From Jiangellaceae bacterium (GTDB taxonomy: Bacteria; Actinomycetota; Actinomycetes; Jiangellales; Jiangellaceae): 64,000 bases of DNA. Every line of letters starts with the position of its first letter. Within the stretch, counting starts at the first letter, position 1. Of the stretch, positions 33,668 through 45,461 are shown piece by piece. The translations under genes and the position numbers were made by a program. The notes under the pieces are model-generated. The model did not search any database. It was not told where the DNA came from and saw nothing but the letters and a program-made list of their open reading frames with translations. The stretch is from contig DASUUH010000072.1 in the NCBI GenBank assembly GCA_036374175.1, positions 7,709 to 71,708 on the forward strand, in the 5' to 3' direction.

Positions 33668-36600
33668 TGCCGCGGCGTACCGACATCGAATCGGTCCTGG
33701 TGATCGGTTCGGGCCCGATCGTGATCGGCCAGGCCTGCGAGTTCGACTATTCGGGCACCCAGGCGTGCCGGGTGCTGCGCGCCGAAGGGCTGCGCGTCGT
33801 GCTGGTCAACAGCAACCCGGCCACGATCATGACGGACCCGGAGATTGCTAACGCCACCTACGTCGAGCCGATCACCCCGGAGTTCGTCGAGCGGGTCATC
33901 GAGATCGAACGGCCGGACGCGCTGCTGGCCACTTTGGGCGGGCAAACGGCTCTCAACACGGCGGTGGCGCTGCACGAGCGCGGCGTCCTGGACAAGTACG
34001 GGGTCGAGCTGATCGGCGCGTCCATCGAGGCCATCGAGCGCGGGGAGAACCGCGAGTCTTTCAAGCGGATCGTGGCAACAGTCGGCGCCCAAACAGCGTC
34101 ATCAATCATTTGCCACTCGATGGACGAATGTCTGGCCGCTGCGGCCGAGCTGGGCTTTCCGGTGGTCGTACGGCCCTCGTTCACCATGGGCGGCGCCGGC
34201 TCGGGCATGGCCTTCGACGAGGCGGACCTTTTCCGGATCGCGGGTGCGGGGCTGGCGGCGTCGCCGACCGCCCAGGTTCTGTTGGAGGAGTCGATCCTCG
34301 GGTGGAAGGAGTTCGAACTCGAGGTTATGCGCGACCGGGCGGACAACGTGGTGATCGTCTGCTCGATCGAGAACGTCGATCCGATGGGCGTGCATACCGG
34401 CGATTCGGTGACGGTCGCGCCGGCGCTGACCCTGACCGACCGCGAATACCAGGTGATGCGCGACCAGGCGATCGCGGTCATTCGGGCCGTCGGCGTCGAC
34501 ACCGGCGGCTGCAACATCCAGTTCGCAGTTGACCCGGCGACCGGGCGAGTGATCATCATCGAGATGAACCCGCGGGTGTCGCGGTCGTCTGCCCTGGCGT
34601 CCAAGGCGACCGGGTTCCCGATTGCGAAGATCGCCGCCAAGCTGGCACTGGGCTACACGCTGGACGAGATCCCGAACGACATCACCGCCGAGACGCCTGC
34701 GTCGTTCGAGCCGGCGCTCGACTACGTCGTGGTCAAGGTGCCGCGGTTCGCGTTCGAGAAGTTCCCGATGGCCGACCAGCGCCTGACCACGCACATGAAG
34801 AGCGTCGGCGAGGCGATGGCGATCGGCCGCAACTTCACCGAGGCCTTGCAGAAGGCCATGCGCTCGCTGGAGAAGCCGTCCGCAGTGTTCGACTTCACCG
34901 GCTCGCCGGGGACGGCCGAGGACCTGCTTGAGCGGATCAGCACGCCGTATGACGGCCGGCTCGGCGATGTGGTGGCGGCGCTGCGCGCGGGCGCGAGCGT
35001 GGATCAGGTGGCGTCGGCGACTGGCATCGATCCGTGGTTCGTCGACCAACTGCTGCTGCTCGTCGAGGTCGCGGACTCGGTGCGGACCGCTTCGGCGATG
35101 ACACCGGAGTTGCTGTGGATGGCCAAGCGGCACGGCTTCTCCGACAACCAACTCGCGCAGCTGCGAGGCATGAGCGAGGACGTCCTGCGCGGCGTGCGGC
35201 ATGCGTTGGGCGTGCGCCCGGTCTACAAGACGGTCGACACCTGTGCCGCCGAGTTCGCGGCCCGCACGCCGTACCACTACTCGTCCTACGACGAGGAGTC
35301 TGAAGTGGCACAGCGGTTGCGTCCAGCTGTGATCATCCTGGGCAGCGGGCCGAACCGGATCGGGCAGGGCATCGAGTTCGACTACTCGTGCGTACACGCC
35401 GCGCTGGCGCTCAGCGCGGCCGGGTTCGAAACTGTGATGGTCAACTGCAACCCGGAGACCGTGTCAACCGATTACGACACGTCGGACCGGCTGTACTTCG
35501 AGCCGTTGACGCTGGAGGACGTGCTCGAAGTCGTGCACGCGGAGTCGCAGGCGGGGCCGGTGGCCGGGGTGATCGTCCAGCTGGGCGGGCAGACGCCGCT
35601 GGGGCTGGCGCAAGGGCTGGCCGACGCCGGCGTGCCGATCGTGGGCACCTCGCCGGAGGCGATCCACCTGGCGGAGGAGCGCGGCGCGTTCGGCCGAGTG
35701 CTTGCCGAGGCTGAGTTGCCGGCGCCGAAGCACGGGACGGCGACGTCGTTCGAGCAGGCCCGCAAGATCGCGGCGGACATCGGGTACCCGGTACTCGTCC
35801 GGCCGTCGTACGTGCTGGGTGGCCGCGGCATGGAGATCGTGTACGACGAGGAGACGCTCAGCAACTACATCACCCGGGCGACCGACGCCAGCCCGGAGCA
35901 TCCGGTGCTGGTGGACCGGTTCTTGGACGACGCTGTCGAGATCGACGTCGACGCGTTGTACGACGGCGAACAGCTGTTTCTTGGCGGCATCATGGAGCAC
36001 ATCGAGGAGGCCGGGATCCACTCGGGAGACTCGGCGTGCGCGTTGCCGCCGACCATGCTGGGGCGCGAAGACCTGCTGCAGATTCGCGCCTCGACCGAAG
36101 CGATCGCCCGGGGAGTGGGCGTGCGCGGGCTGCTGAACATCCAGTACGCGCTCGCCGGCGACGTGCTGTACGTGCTCGAGGCGAACCCGCGGGCGTCCCG
36201 GACGGTGCCGTTCGCGTCGAAGGCGACCGGTGTGCCGTTGGCCAAGGCGGCGGCACGGGTGATGCTGGGGGCTTCGGTGGCCGACTTGCGGGACGAAGGA
36301 CTGCTGCCGGCAGGCGACTGCCTGGATCTTCCGCCGAGCGCGCCGGTGGCTGTGAAGGAAGCGGTGATGCCGTTCAACCGGTTCCGGCTGCCGGATGGGC
36401 GCGTCGTCGACACACTGCTCGGCCCGGAGATGCGCTCGACCGGTGAAGTGATGGGCATCGACGCGCTGTTCGGCACGGCGTTCGCCAAGTCGCAGGCGGC
36501 CGCGTTCGGGCCGCTGCCGACGAGCGGCAAGGTGTTCGTCTCGTTGGCGAACCGCGACAAACGGCACATGATCTTCCCGATCAAGCGGCTGGCGGACCTG

Positions 36601-36954
36601 GGCTTTTCCATCGTCGCGACGGCCGGGACGGCGGACGTGCTACGCCGCAACGGTGTCGACGCGGAGGTCGTGGGCAAGTTGTGGACCGGGCATGAGCCGG
36701 ACGGCTCGCCGACGATCGTGTCGCGGATCCTGGACGGCGACATCGCACTGATCGTCAACACGCCGAGCGGGACGACCTCCGGTGGCAGCCCGCGCAACGA
36801 CGGGTACGAGATCCGCCGGGCGGCCATCCAGGCGAACATCGCGTGCATCACGACAGTGCAGGGCCTGGCGGCCGCCGTGCAGGGGATCGAGGCGATGCTG
36901 GCCGGCCCGTTGGGCGTGCGGTCGCTGCAGTCGTGGTCGGCAGCGATCCGGTGA
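33667..36954 (+). CDS. carB: carbamoyl-phosphate synthase large subunit
   Basis: 1095 aa with duplicated ATP-grasp halves and an MGS-like C-domain. The start overlaps the carA stop by 1 nt (TGATG). Confidence 0.98.
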   Translation: MPRRTDIESVLVIGSGPIVIGQACEFDYSGTQACRVLRAEGLRVVLVNSNPATIMTDPEIANATYVEPITPEFVERVIEIERPDALLATLGGQTALNTAVALHERGVLDKYGVELIGASIEAIERGENRESFKRIVATVGAQTASSIICHSMDECLAAAAELGFPVVVRPSFTMGGAGSGMAFDEADLFRIAGAGLAASPTAQVLLEESILGWKEFELEVMRDRADNVVIVCSIENVDPMGVHTGDSVTVAPALTLTDREYQVMRDQAIAVIRAVGVDTGGCNIQFAVDPATGRVIIIEMNPRVSRSSALASKATGFPIAKIAAKLALGYTLDEIPNDITAETPASFEPALDYVVVKVPRFAFEKFPMADQRLTTHMKSVGEAMAIGRNFTEALQKAMRSLEKPSAVFDFTGSPGTAEDLLERISTPYDGRLGDVVAALRAGASVDQVASATGIDPWFVDQLLLLVEVADSVRTASAMTPELLWMAKRHGFSDNQLAQLRGMSEDVLRGVRHALGVRPVYKTVDTCAAEFAARTPYHYSSYDEESEVAQRLRPAVIILGSGPNRIGQGIEFDYSCVHAALALSAAGFETVMVNCNPETVSTDYDTSDRLYFEPLTLEDVLEVVHAESQAGPVAGVIVQLGGQTPLGLAQGLADAGVPIVGTSPEAIHLAEERGAFGRVLAEAELPAPKHGTATSFEQARKIAADIGYPVLVRPSYVLGGRGMEIVYDEETLSNYITRATDASPEHPVLVDRFLDDAVEIDVDALYDGEQLFLGGIMEHIEEAGIHSGDSACALPPTMLGREDLLQIRASTEAIARGVGVRGLLNIQYALAGDVLYVLEANPRASRTVPFASKATGVPLAKAAARVMLGASVADLRDEGLLPAGDCLDLPPSAPVAVKEAVMPFNRFRLPDGRVVDTLLGPEMRSTGEVMGIDALFGTAFAKSQAAAFGPLPTSGKVFVSLANRDKRHMIFPIKRLADLGFSIVATAGTADVLRRNGVDAEVVGKLWTGHEPDGSPTIVSRILDGDIALIVNTPSGTTSGGSPRNDGYEIRRAAIQANIACITTVQGLAAAVQGIEAMLAGPLGVRSLQSWSAAIR

Positions 36955-36973
36955 TGCCTCAGGGGAGCGGCCG

Positions 36974-38071
36974 GTGAAGACGTACGAGTGGGTGTTCAAC
37001 TCACTTCTGCGACGGCTGGATGCCGAACGCGCGCATAGGTGGAGCTTTCGGGCGTTGCGCACACTCGTCGCTACACCTGGGGGCAATCGGCTGGTCCACC
37101 GGGTTTGCCATGTACCAGACCTGCCTGTGGAAGCGATGGGACTGCGCTTTGCGAACCCGCTGGGGTTGGCCGCCGGCTTCGACAAGAACGGGGTGGGCAT
37201 CGACGCCATAGCCGCCCTGGGCTTTGGTTTCGTGGAGATCGGAACCGTCACCGGTCAGCCGCAACCCGGCAATCCCAGACCACGACTGTTCCGCCTGCCG
37301 CGCGACCGGGCCGTCGTCAACCGGATGGGCTTCAACAACGACGGAGCGCCCGCGGTGGCGGCCCGGTTGGCCCGGCGCGAGCGGCGACTGGCGCAGCGCG
37401 TCAAGCGCGGCCGAGGAAAAACCCGCCACCGCCCGGTCGTGGGAGTGAATATCGGCAAGACCAAACTCGTACCTGCAGAGCAGGCCATCGACGATTACGT
37501 CACCAGCGCCCGCCGGCTCGCGCCGTACGCCGACTATCTCGTCGTCAACGTTAGCTCACCGAACACACCGGGACTTCGTGACCTCCAAGCCATCGATCAG
37601 CTCCGGCCGCTGCTCGCAGCGGTACGCGCCACGGTGGACGACGCCGCGCAGCGGCCCGTCCCGCTGCTGGTGAAGATCGCTCCAGACCTGGCCGACGACG
37701 ATGTCCGGGGCATCGCCGAGCTTGCCACCGAACTCGGCCTGGCCGGCATCATCGCCACGAACACGACGACCGACCGTGCGGGCTTGGCGTCCGATCCCCA
37801 CGAGGTCGAGCAGATCGGCGCCGGCGGCCTGTCCGGAGCGCCCCTCAAGGAGCGATCTCTGGAGGTGCTCCGCCTGCTGCGCGCGCACGCCGGAAGCTCG
37901 CTCACCATCGTTTCCGCAGGCGGAATCGAGTCCGCCGAAGACATCATTGAACGCATACAGGCAGGTGCGACGCTCGTACAGGCCTACACTGGACTCGTCT
38001 ACGGCGGTCCGTTGTGGCCAAGTCGCACCCTGCGGCGGTTGGCAGCGGAACGCGATGGAGGACGCAGATGA
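36974..38071 (+). CDS. pyrD: dihydroorotate dehydrogenase (quinone), class 2
   Basis: GTG 36974 follows AGGGGAG. Motifs are [27 protein letters not shown] and ATNTT. Confidence 0.93.
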   Translation: MKTYEWVFNSLLRRLDAERAHRWSFRALRTLVATPGGNRLVHRVCHVPDLPVEAMGLRFANPLGLAAGFDKNGVGIDAIAALGFGFVEIGTVTGQPQPGNPRPRLFRLPRDRAVVNRMGFNNDGAPAVAARLARRERRLAQRVKRGRGKTRHRPVVGVNIGKTKLVPAEQAIDDYVTSARRLAPYADYLVVNVSSPNTPGLRDLQAIDQLRPLLAAVRATVDDAAQRPVPLLVKIAPDLADDDVRGIAELATELGLAGIIATNTTTDRAGLASDPHEVEQIGAGGLSGAPLKERSLEVLRLLRAHAGSSLTIVSAGGIESAEDIIERIQAGATLVQAYTGLVYGGPLWPSRTLRRLAAERDGGRR

Positions 38072-38904
38072 CGTTCGGCGGCCGGCTACGCACCGCCATG
38101 GACACCCGCGGCGCGTTCTGCGTCGGGATCGACCCTCATCCGGCGCTGCTGGCGACGTGGGGTCTGCCGGACGACCCGTCGGGACTCGAGCGGTTCGCCA
38201 TGACCGTGGTTGAGGCCATCGGTGCGCACGTTGCGGTGCTCAAACCGCAGGCCGCGTTCTTCGAACGGCACGGCTCACGCGGCGTGGCCGTGCTCGAACG
38301 CACCGTTGCTGCGGCCAAGCAGGCCGGTGCCCTGGTCCTCATGGACGCCAAGCGTGGCGACATCGGCTCGACGATCCAGGCATACGCCGACGCCTACGTC
38401 AATCCCGCTTCACCGCTCTGCTCCGATGCCGTGACGGCCACCCCGTACCTGGGCTTCGACGCGCTCCGCCCGTTGATCGACACCGCCCTGGCCCACGGCA
38501 ACGGTGTGTTCGTCGTCACGTTGACCTCAAACCCCGAAGGCGCGGAGGTGCAGCAAGCCAGGCTGGCTAGCGGTCAAACCGTGGCGGGCGCAGTGCTCGA
38601 CCACGTCCGAAAGGTCAATGCCGGCGCTCCCACCATGGGTAGCGTCGGCTGTGTCGTAGGCGCCACCATCGGCTCGACCAGCGAAGATCTCGATGTCGGA
38701 GGTCCGCTGCTGGCTCCGGGCGTTGGCGCACAAGGCGGTACTTTGGCCGGTCTGCGGCGTGTTTTCGGTAACACGCTGCCGAACGTCCTGCCGTCCAGTT
38801 CCCGTGAAATCCTGCAGGCCGGGCCCGATCCGGAGGCCCTGCTCGCGGCAACAGCGCGAGCGATTAGCGAGTTCACGTTGCCCTCAGGGGCCGATACTCG
38901 CTAG
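38068..38904 (+). CDS. pyrF: orotidine 5'-phosphate decarboxylase (type 2)
   Basis: ATG 38068 is in an ATGA overlap with pyrD. Motifs are FCVGIDPHP and [10 protein letters not shown]. Confidence 0.93.
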   Translation: MTFGGRLRTAMDTRGAFCVGIDPHPALLATWGLPDDPSGLERFAMTVVEAIGAHVAVLKPQAAFFERHGSRGVAVLERTVAAAKQAGALVLMDAKRGDIGSTIQAYADAYVNPASPLCSDAVTATPYLGFDALRPLIDTALAHGNGVFVVTLTSNPEGAEVQQARLASGQTVAGAVLDHVRKVNAGAPTMGSVGCVVGATIGSTSEDLDVGGPLLAPGVGAQGGTLAGLRRVFGNTLPNVLPSSSREILQAGPDPEALLAATARAISEFTLPSGADTR

Positions 38905-38955
38905 GTTCCGGTTGTCCATACCCGCATTACGAGTGAAACCAGAGGTGAACCGCCC

Positions 38956-39276
38956 GTGGCGCTCCCTTCCCTGACCCCCGAACAGCGCGCTGCTGCGCTC
39001 GCCAAGGCAACTGAGGCCCGCCGGGAGCGTGCGGAGGTCAAGAATCGACTGAAGCACTCCGGCGCCTCCCTGACCGAGGTGCTCAAAGAGGGCGAATCGA
39101 ACGACGTCATCGGCAAGATGAAGGTCTCCGCGCTGCTCGAGTCCCTGCCTGGCGTCGGCAAGGTCCGCGCTGCCCAGATCATGGAGCGGATCGGCATCGC
39201 CGAGAACCGCCGCGTGCGTGGCCTCGGTGCCAACCAGATCGCTGCCCTCGAGCGCGAGTTCGGAGGCCGCGCCTGA
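38956..39276 (+). CDS. mihF: actinobacterial integration host factor mIHF
   Basis: 106 aa: LPSLTPEQRAAALAKATEARRERAEVKNRLK...LPGVGKVRAAQIME. It occupies the conserved slot before gmk. Confidence 0.9.
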   Translation: MALPSLTPEQRAAALAKATEARRERAEVKNRLKHSGASLTEVLKEGESNDVIGKMKVSALLESLPGVGKVRAAQIMERIGIAENRRVRGLGANQIAALEREFGGRA

Positions 39277-39314
39277 ACGGCACGCCCACGCCTTACGGGG
39301 GAGCGGGTCGGCTG

Positions 39315-39875
39315 GTGGTCCTATCCGGGCCGACCGCTGTGGGAAAGACGACGGTCGTCCGGCGGCTCCGGACCACCCACCCTGAACTGTGGATCTCGGT
39401 GTCCGTCACCACCCGCTTCCCCCGTCCTGGCGAAATCGACGGGGTGCACTACCACTTCGTCGACGAGGCCACCTTCGACCAGATGATTCGTGAAGGTGAG
39501 TTCCTCGAATGGGCCGTCGTCCATGGCCACGCCAAATACGGCACGCCACGGCGTCCGGTTGAGCGGGCGCTTGCCGAGGCCCGCTCGTGCCTTCTTGAAA
39601 TCGACCTGCAAGGTGCCCGGCAGATCCGCGACAGCGGACAGGATGCGTTGTTCGTCTTCCTCGCGCCGCCAACGTGGGACGAGATGGTACGGCGACTGGT
39701 GGGCCGCGGCACCGAGAACGCCGCCGAACGCGAGCGCCGGTTGACGACCGCCAAGGAAGAACTCGCCGCCGAAGACGAGTTCGACATGACCATCGTCAAT
39801 CACGATGTCGAGCAGGTGTGCAAGGAACTGGTAACCTTGATGAGTCCCGCAGCGGAGCCATACGACCCTGCCTGA
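39315..39875 (+). CDS. gmk: guanylate kinase
   Basis: P-loop SGPTAVGKTT, plus HYHFV and EIDLQGARQI. The start is uncertain. GTG 39315 clips the usual RLxVLSGP strand. The frame is open upstream (..GRLVVLSGP) back to CTG 39273, which overlaps the mihF stop. Confidence 0.9.
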   Translation: MVLSGPTAVGKTTVVRRLRTTHPELWISVSVTTRFPRPGEIDGVHYHFVDEATFDQMIREGEFLEWAVVHGHAKYGTPRRPVERALAEARSCLLEIDLQGARQIRDSGQDALFVFLAPPTWDEMVRRLVGRGTENAAERERRLTTAKEELAAEDEFDMTIVNHDVEQVCKELVTLMSPAAEPYDPA

Positions 39876-39923
39876 GGGAATCTGCACCAGTATCGAGTCC
39901 CCTTTGAGCCCGGAGGCATCAAC

Positions 39924-40208
39924 GTGTCCGGAACCCACGGCGTGGCCGAGGGCATCACGTACCCACCCATCGACGACCTGCTCGAAAAGTCCGACTCCAA
40001 GTACGCGCTGGTCATTTACGCGGCCAAGCGCGCGCGGCAGATCAATGCGTACTACTCACAGCTCGGCGAGGGCCTGCTCGAATACGTCGGCCCGCTGGTC
40101 GAGACTCAGGTCCAGGAGAAGCCGCTGTCGATCGCACTGCGCGAGATCGACCAAGGCTTGCTGACCGCCGAGGAGCCTGGCACCCCAGCGCAGCAAGAGC
40201 AGGAGTAA
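39924..40208 (+). CDS. rpoZ: DNA-directed RNA polymerase subunit omega
   Basis: 94 aa with [17 protein letters not shown]. Confidence 0.93.
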   Translation: MSGTHGVAEGITYPPIDDLLEKSDSKYALVIYAAKRARQINAYYSQLGEGLLEYVGPLVETQVQEKPLSIALREIDQGLLTAEEPGTPAQQEQE

Positions 40209-40216
40209 CTCCTTCG

Positions 40217-41455
40217 GTGGCGTCACTGACCGAAGGTGCGCCCGAACGCCCCCGCGTCGTCGTCGGCGTCAGCGGGGGCATTGCCGCGTACAAGGCCTGC
40301 GAGGTCGTGCGCGGACTCACCGAATCCGGCCATGACGTTCGCGTGGTACCCACTCGCGCGGCATTGCAGTTCGTCGGTGCCACCACGTGGGCGGCGCTAT
40401 CCGGTCATCCGGTCTCCGCCGAGGTGTGGGACGAGGTCGACCAAGTCCCGCACGTACGGCTCGGCCAGCAGGCCGACCTGGTCCTTGTCGTACCGGCCAC
40501 CGCAGACCTGCTGGCCCGTGCGGCGCACGGGCTGGCCGACGACCTGCTGACCTCGACTTTGCTCACCGCCCGCTGCCCGGTGTTGTACGCGCCGGCCATG
40601 CACACCGAGATGTGGGAGAACGCCGCCACCGCCGCCAACGTCGCGACGCTGCGCGATCGGGGTGCCGTGGTGCTCGAGCCGGCCGTCGGGCGGCTGACCG
40701 GCGTGGACTCCGGTAAGGGCCGGCTGCCCGAGCCGGACGAGATCGTCGCCGTGGCCCGCGACCTGCTGGCCTGCAAGTCCGCGGTGTCCGACCTGGCCGG
40801 CCGGCACGTGGTCGTATCGGCGGGAGGCACGCGCGAGTTCCTCGACCCGGTCCGGTTCATCGGCAACCGTTCGTCCGGACGGCAGGGCTACGCGCTGGCC
40901 CGCGCGGCGGCTTCGCGCGGTGCGCGCGTCACGCTCGTCGCGGCCAACGTGTCGTTCCCAGACCCAGCAGGTACTGACGTTGTTGCGGTGGGCAGCGCCG
41001 CAGAGCTTCGCGACGCCGTGCTGGATGCCGCCGGTAGCGCGGACGCAGTGGTGATGGCTGCGGCCGTCGCCGACTTCCGTCCCCGGGCCTATGCGGCAGC
41101 GAAGATCAAGAAGACGGCCGAACAAGCCGTCCCTGTCGTGGAGCTGGAGCAGACCCCGGACATACTCGCGGAGCTCTCGGCGACTCGGCGCCGCGACGGC
41201 CAGATCGTGGTCGGCTTCGCCGCTGAGACGGGGGACCAGACCGGCAGCGTGCTCGACCACGGGCGCCGCAAGCTGGCCGCCAAAGGCTGTGATCTACTCG
41301 TGGTGAACGAAGTCGGGCCGCAGCGCGGATTCGAGAGCGAGCAGAACGAGGCGGTGATCCTCGGGGCGGACGGATCGGCAACTCCGGTGCCGCTCGGTCC
41401 CAAGGCCGTCCTGGCACACGTGGTGTGGGATCTGGTGGCCGACCGGTTAAGGTAG
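40217..41455 (+). CDS. coaBC: bifunctional phosphopantothenoylcysteine decarboxylase / phosphopantothenate--cysteine ligase
   Basis: 412 aa with an N-terminal flavoprotein domain (GVSGGIAAYKA) and a C-terminal DFP ligase domain (ISNRSSG-like IGNRSSGRQG). Confidence 0.95.
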   Translation: MASLTEGAPERPRVVVGVSGGIAAYKACEVVRGLTESGHDVRVVPTRAALQFVGATTWAALSGHPVSAEVWDEVDQVPHVRLGQQADLVLVVPATADLLARAAHGLADDLLTSTLLTARCPVLYAPAMHTEMWENAATAANVATLRDRGAVVLEPAVGRLTGVDSGKGRLPEPDEIVAVARDLLACKSAVSDLAGRHVVVSAGGTREFLDPVRFIGNRSSGRQGYALARAAASRGARVTLVAANVSFPDPAGTDVVAVGSAAELRDAVLDAAGSADAVVMAAAVADFRPRAYAAAKIKKTAEQAVPVVELEQTPDILAELSATRRRDGQIVVGFAAETGDQTGSVLDHGRRKLAAKGCDLLVVNEVGPQRGFESEQNEAVILGADGSATPVPLGPKAVLAHVVWDLVADRLR

Positions 41456-41583
41456 CCGCGCCACCGGCGACCATGACCACGTCGCGGACCCGCCCAGCCG
41501 ACGTCCGTGGCATCGCATAATCTTCGTAGGTCCGTACCCGTTGCGGACCTACGATCATCGATACCCGACAGGAGTTGCTCCCA

Positions 41584-42780
41584 ATGTCGCGTCGTCTGTT
41601 TACGTCCGAGTCGGTCACCGAGGGCCATCCGGACAAGATCTGCGACCAGATCAGCGACAAGGTTCTCGACGCGCTACTCAAGGATGATCCCGCCAGTCGG
41701 GTAGCGGTCGAGACCTTCGTCACCACCGGCCTGGTGCATGTGGGCGGCGAGGTGACGACGCAGGCGTACGCCGACATCCCGGGACTGGTCCGCGAGACCA
41801 TTCTCGACATCGGCTACGACTCGTCGACGAAGGGATTCGACGGCAATTCCTGCGGTGTGTCGGTGTCAATCGGCTCGCAGTCGCCGGACATCGCTCAAGG
41901 TGTCGACGACGCGTGGGAGCACCGGGTCGATGCCGCGCACTCGGCCGATCCGCTCGACCGGCAGGGTGCGGGCGACCAAGGGCTGATGTTCGGTTACGCC
42001 TGTGCCGAGACACCCGAGTTGATGCCGGTGCCGATCAACATCGCGCACCGGCTGGCCCAGCGGCTGTCAGAGGTCCGCAAATCGGGGGCCGTGCCCTACC
42101 TGAGACCGGACGGCAAGACTCAGGTCACGATCGAGTACGACGGAGATCGTGCCGTCCGGGTCGACACCGTGGTGGTCTCGACCCAGCATGCGGCCAACAT
42201 CGACCTGGACAATCTGCTCACGCCCGACATCGAGCAGCACGTGGTCAAACCAGTGCTGGAGAACTTCGACATCGACAGCGGCGGCTACCGGCTGCTGGTC
42301 AACCCCACCGGGCGGTTCGAGGTGGGCGGGCCGATGGGCGACGCCGGGCTCACCGGCCGCAAGATCATCATCGACACCTATGGCGGGATGGCCCGCCATG
42401 GTGGCGGTGCGTTCAGCGGCAAAGACCCGTCCAAGGTCGACCGCTCCGCTGCGTACGCGATGCGCTGGGTGGCCAAGAACATCGTTGCCGCCGGGCTTGC
42501 CACGCGGTGCGAGGTGCAGGTTGCCTACGCCATCGGAAAGGCGCACCCGGTCGGGTTCTTCGTCGAGTGCTTCGGTACCGAGACCGTGCCCGTCGATCGG
42601 ATTCAAGACGCGGTCATGTCGGTGTTCGACCTGCGGCCGGCGGCCATCATCCGCGACCTCGACCTGCTGCGCCCCATCTACGGCGAGACGGCGGCCTACG
42701 GACACTTCGGCCGCGAGCTGCCCAATTTCACGTGGGAGCGCACCGACCGCATCGGCGAACTGCAGGCCGCTGTCGGTTAG
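41584..42780 (+). CDS. metK: methionine adenosyltransferase
   Basis: ATG 41584 gives [25 protein letters not shown]. The motifs [12 protein letters not shown] and DTYGG are present. Confidence 0.97.
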   Translation: MSRRLFTSESVTEGHPDKICDQISDKVLDALLKDDPASRVAVETFVTTGLVHVGGEVTTQAYADIPGLVRETILDIGYDSSTKGFDGNSCGVSVSIGSQSPDIAQGVDDAWEHRVDAAHSADPLDRQGAGDQGLMFGYACAETPELMPVPINIAHRLAQRLSEVRKSGAVPYLRPDGKTQVTIEYDGDRAVRVDTVVVSTQHAANIDLDNLLTPDIEQHVVKPVLENFDIDSGGYRLLVNPTGRFEVGGPMGDAGLTGRKIIIDTYGGMARHGGGAFSGKDPSKVDRSAAYAMRWVAKNIVAAGLATRCEVQVAYAIGKAHPVGFFVECFGTETVPVDRIQDAVMSVFDLRPAAIIRDLDLLRPIYGETAAYGHFGRELPNFTWERTDRIGELQAAVG

Positions 42781-42834
42781 TCCCGGACTGCCACGCCGAC
42801 CGGCCGTACCAGCGCATGCGATAGGAACGCCGGT

Positions 42835-44856
42835 GTGAGTACGCCCGACGAGCCGGCCCAGCCGGCCTTGACGCGCTCGCTTGCGGCCGCGACCCGGCAG
42901 CAGCCGCGCCGCCAGGCCGAGCCGCTGGCCGCGGTGTCACCGGTCGCCCGCGTCCTCGTCGACATCCCGCTGCCGCACCTGGACCGCCCGTTCGACTACC
43001 ACGTGCCGGAGTCGATGGCCTCTGCTGCGGTGCCTGGAGCCCGTGTCTCGGTCCGCTTCGCAGGTGCAGTGCACGACGGCTTCGTCGTGGAGCGCGCGAC
43101 CACCACGCAGCACACCGGCCGGTTGACCAGGTTGCGGCGGGTCATCTCGCCGGAGCCGGTACTCGCGCCCGCGATCGCCGAACTGGCTCGCGCCGTGGCC
43201 GACCGCTACGCCGGAACTGTTGCGGACGTCCTGCGCCTGGCAGTGCCGCCGCGCCATGCCAAGACCGAAGCGGAACAGTCCGGCGTGGCACCGCCGCCGC
43301 CGCCCGCTCCGAGTCCGGGGGGCTGGCTGGAGCATCAGGACGGCCCGGCCCTGTTGACGGCCCTTACCCGGGGGCGCAGCCCGCGTGCGGTGTGGAACCC
43401 TGGTCCGGCAGCCGACTGGCCGGACCTGCTGGCCCGGCTTGTCGCCGCCACCCTCGCCGGCGGCAGGGGAGCGGTCGTGGTCCTGCCCGACGCGCGGGAC
43501 GTCGCACGGGTGGACACCGCGCTGACCAGCCTGGTGGGGCCGGACCACCATGTCGTGCTTGCCGCCGAGCTCGGGCCGTCCGAGCGGTACCGCAGGTGGC
43601 TGGCTGTACGCCGGGGTGCGGCCAGAGCGGTTGTCGGGACCCGCTCGGCGATGTTCGCACCAGTTGCCGAGCTGGGCCTGCTCGCGCTGTGGGACGACGG
43701 TGACGACTTGCACGCCGAGCAGCGGGCCCCGTACCCGCATGCGCGCGAGGTGCTGCTGCTGCGTGCACACGAGCAGAACACAGCTGCGGTGGTCGGCGGG
43801 TTCGCCCGGACGGCCGAAGCCCAGCAGTTGGTCACCTCGGGCTGGGCCCGCGCGGTGTCGCCGCCCAGAGACCGGGTGCGCGCCACGGCACCGATCGTGC
43901 GGGTATCCGGCGACGATTACGAGCAGGTGCGTGACCCCGCCGCCCGAACGGCCCGGATTCCGTCGCTGGCGTGGCGGGCGGCGAAGGACGCGTTGCAGCA
44001 CGGTCCCGTTCTGGTTCAGGTCGCCCGTACCGGATACGTCGCAGCGCTGGCCTGCCAGCAGTGCCGCGCCGTCGCCCGGTGCACCGAATGCCACGGACCG
44101 GTGGCGATGGCCCGAGGGGACCAACAACCCGAGTGCCGCTGGTGCGGGAAGTCCGGGTGGGTCTGCCCGGCCTGTGGCAGCCACCAACTGCGGGTGATAA
44201 CACCGGGTGTGCGGCGTACCGCCGAAGAACTCGGCAAAGCGTTTCCCGGCATCCCGGTACGGCTGTCGCGGGGCGATGCCGTTGTGCCGGCCGTCGAATC
44301 GGCCGCCGCGCTCGTTGTCGCCACGCCGGGGGCCGAGCCGGTGGCTCACGGCGGCTACGCCGCAGCCCTGCTGCTCGATGGACAAGCCATGCTCGCCCGG
44401 CCAGGCCTTCGGGCGGCGGAGGAGGCGCTCCGGCGCTGGCTGACGGCATGTGCCCTGGTGCGTCCGGCGCCTGCGGGCGGCCAGGTCGTGCTGGTGGCCG
44501 AGCCGAGCGCGCGGCCGGTTCAAGCACTCGTGCGCTGGGACCCGGCCGGCTTCGCTGAGCACGAGTTGGCCGACCGGCAGTCGCTGAGATTTCCGCCGGT
44601 GGCCAGAGTCGCCGAGCTCACCGGTGAGCCCGAAGACGTCGCAGCCCTGCTGCAGATGGCCGAGTTGCCGGCCGGGACGGATGTGCTTGGCCCGGTGCCG
44701 GCCGGCGAGGACGGCACCGAGCGCGTCGTGATCCGCGTCCCGCGGCGGCTTGGCCAGCGGCTGTCCGGCACGCTCAAGGCCGCGCAGGGCGTACGGTCGG
44801 CAAAACACGCCGGCGGACCGGTCCGGGTGCGAATCGACCCGGTGGATCTGGGCTAG
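42835..44856 (+). CDS. priA: primosomal protein N' (PriA), actinobacterial type with degenerate ATPase motifs
   Basis: 673 aa with an N-terminal 3'-BD/WH (VDIPLPHLDRPFDYHVP). The Cys-rich zinc region reads CQQCRAVARCTECHGPV...CRWCGKSGWVCPACGS. No GxxxxGK[ST] motif occurs anywhere in the product. Confidence 0.9.
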   Translation: MSTPDEPAQPALTRSLAAATRQQPRRQAEPLAAVSPVARVLVDIPLPHLDRPFDYHVPESMASAAVPGARVSVRFAGAVHDGFVVERATTTQHTGRLTRLRRVISPEPVLAPAIAELARAVADRYAGTVADVLRLAVPPRHAKTEAEQSGVAPPPPPAPSPGGWLEHQDGPALLTALTRGRSPRAVWNPGPAADWPDLLARLVAATLAGGRGAVVVLPDARDVARVDTALTSLVGPDHHVVLAAELGPSERYRRWLAVRRGAARAVVGTRSAMFAPVAELGLLALWDDGDDLHAEQRAPYPHAREVLLLRAHEQNTAAVVGGFARTAEAQQLVTSGWARAVSPPRDRVRATAPIVRVSGDDYEQVRDPAARTARIPSLAWRAAKDALQHGPVLVQVARTGYVAALACQQCRAVARCTECHGPVAMARGDQQPECRWCGKSGWVCPACGSHQLRVITPGVRRTAEELGKAFPGIPVRLSRGDAVVPAVESAAALVVATPGAEPVAHGGYAAALLLDGQAMLARPGLRAAEEALRRWLTACALVRPAPAGGQVVLVAEPSARPVQALVRWDPAGFAEHELADRQSLRFPPVARVAELTGEPEDVAALLQMAELPAGTDVLGPVPAGEDGTERVVIRVPRRLGQRLSGTLKAAQGVRSAKHAGGPVRVRIDPVDLG

Positions 44857-44879
44857 GTTCCGGCCAGTCCTTGCGGCCA

Positions 44880-45461
44880 CTAGTCGTCCACACCTCGCGC
44901 CACGAGCGCCTCGCCGAGCGCGTCCGAATAACGCAGCGACCGCACGACCAGCGGCACCCCGTACGCCCGGATGTCGAGGCCGCCGCCCCGGGCTCGCTGG
45001 GCGTCCCGAATGTCGGCGGCGAGCGCCGCGACGACGGGAATGGCCCTGATCGCGAGAGTGAGGACGAGGGCCGCCCGCTCCGCGTTGACCCGCGGGACTC
45101 GCCGCATGACCCGCTCAAGGACGTCGAGCAGTTCCGACGCCTGCGTGGTCAGCGTCAACAACGCGGCCAGCGCCACCGTGACCGCGAGTTTGCCGGTCAC
45201 CGTCGCGGCGACTTCCCAACCACCGGCGACAGCCTGAAAACCGAACAAGAGGGCCAGCACCCAGCGCAGCGGCCGGATCTGCGCCCACGCCACGGCAAGT
45301 GAGAGGCCGGCCGACGCGTACAGCACGACGAGGCAGGCCGCGGCGACACCGACCGTGGCTGCAGAGGGCAGCGCCAGCACCCCGGTAGCCAGCACCGCCA
45401 GCCCGCCCAGCTTGACCGAGGCCGGGGCGCCATGCAGCCAGGAGCGCGCCGCGCGGCTCAT
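44880..45461 (-). CDS. bioN: energy-coupling factor transporter transmembrane (T) component, BioN-like
   Basis: ATG 45461 is in an ATGA overlap with the ATPase stop. The product is 193 aa and polytopic, with the EcfT Ala-Arg-Gly motifs (AQRARGG, LVARG). Confidence 0.8.
   Translation of the reverse strand: MSRAARSWLHGAPASVKLGGLAVLATGVLALPSAATVGVAAACLVVLYASAGLSLAVAWAQIRPLRWVLALLFGFQAVAGGWEVAATVTGKLAVTVALAALLTLTTQASELLDVLERVMRRVPRVNAERAALVLTLAIRAIPVVAALAADIRDAQRARGGGLDIRAYGVPLVVRSLRYSDALGEALVARGVDD

Noticed and set aside
42937-44880. 647-aa minus-strand ORF
   Set aside because: It is antisense to priA, which has the conserved zinc-finger module. It has no motifs and low-complexity R/G/P content.
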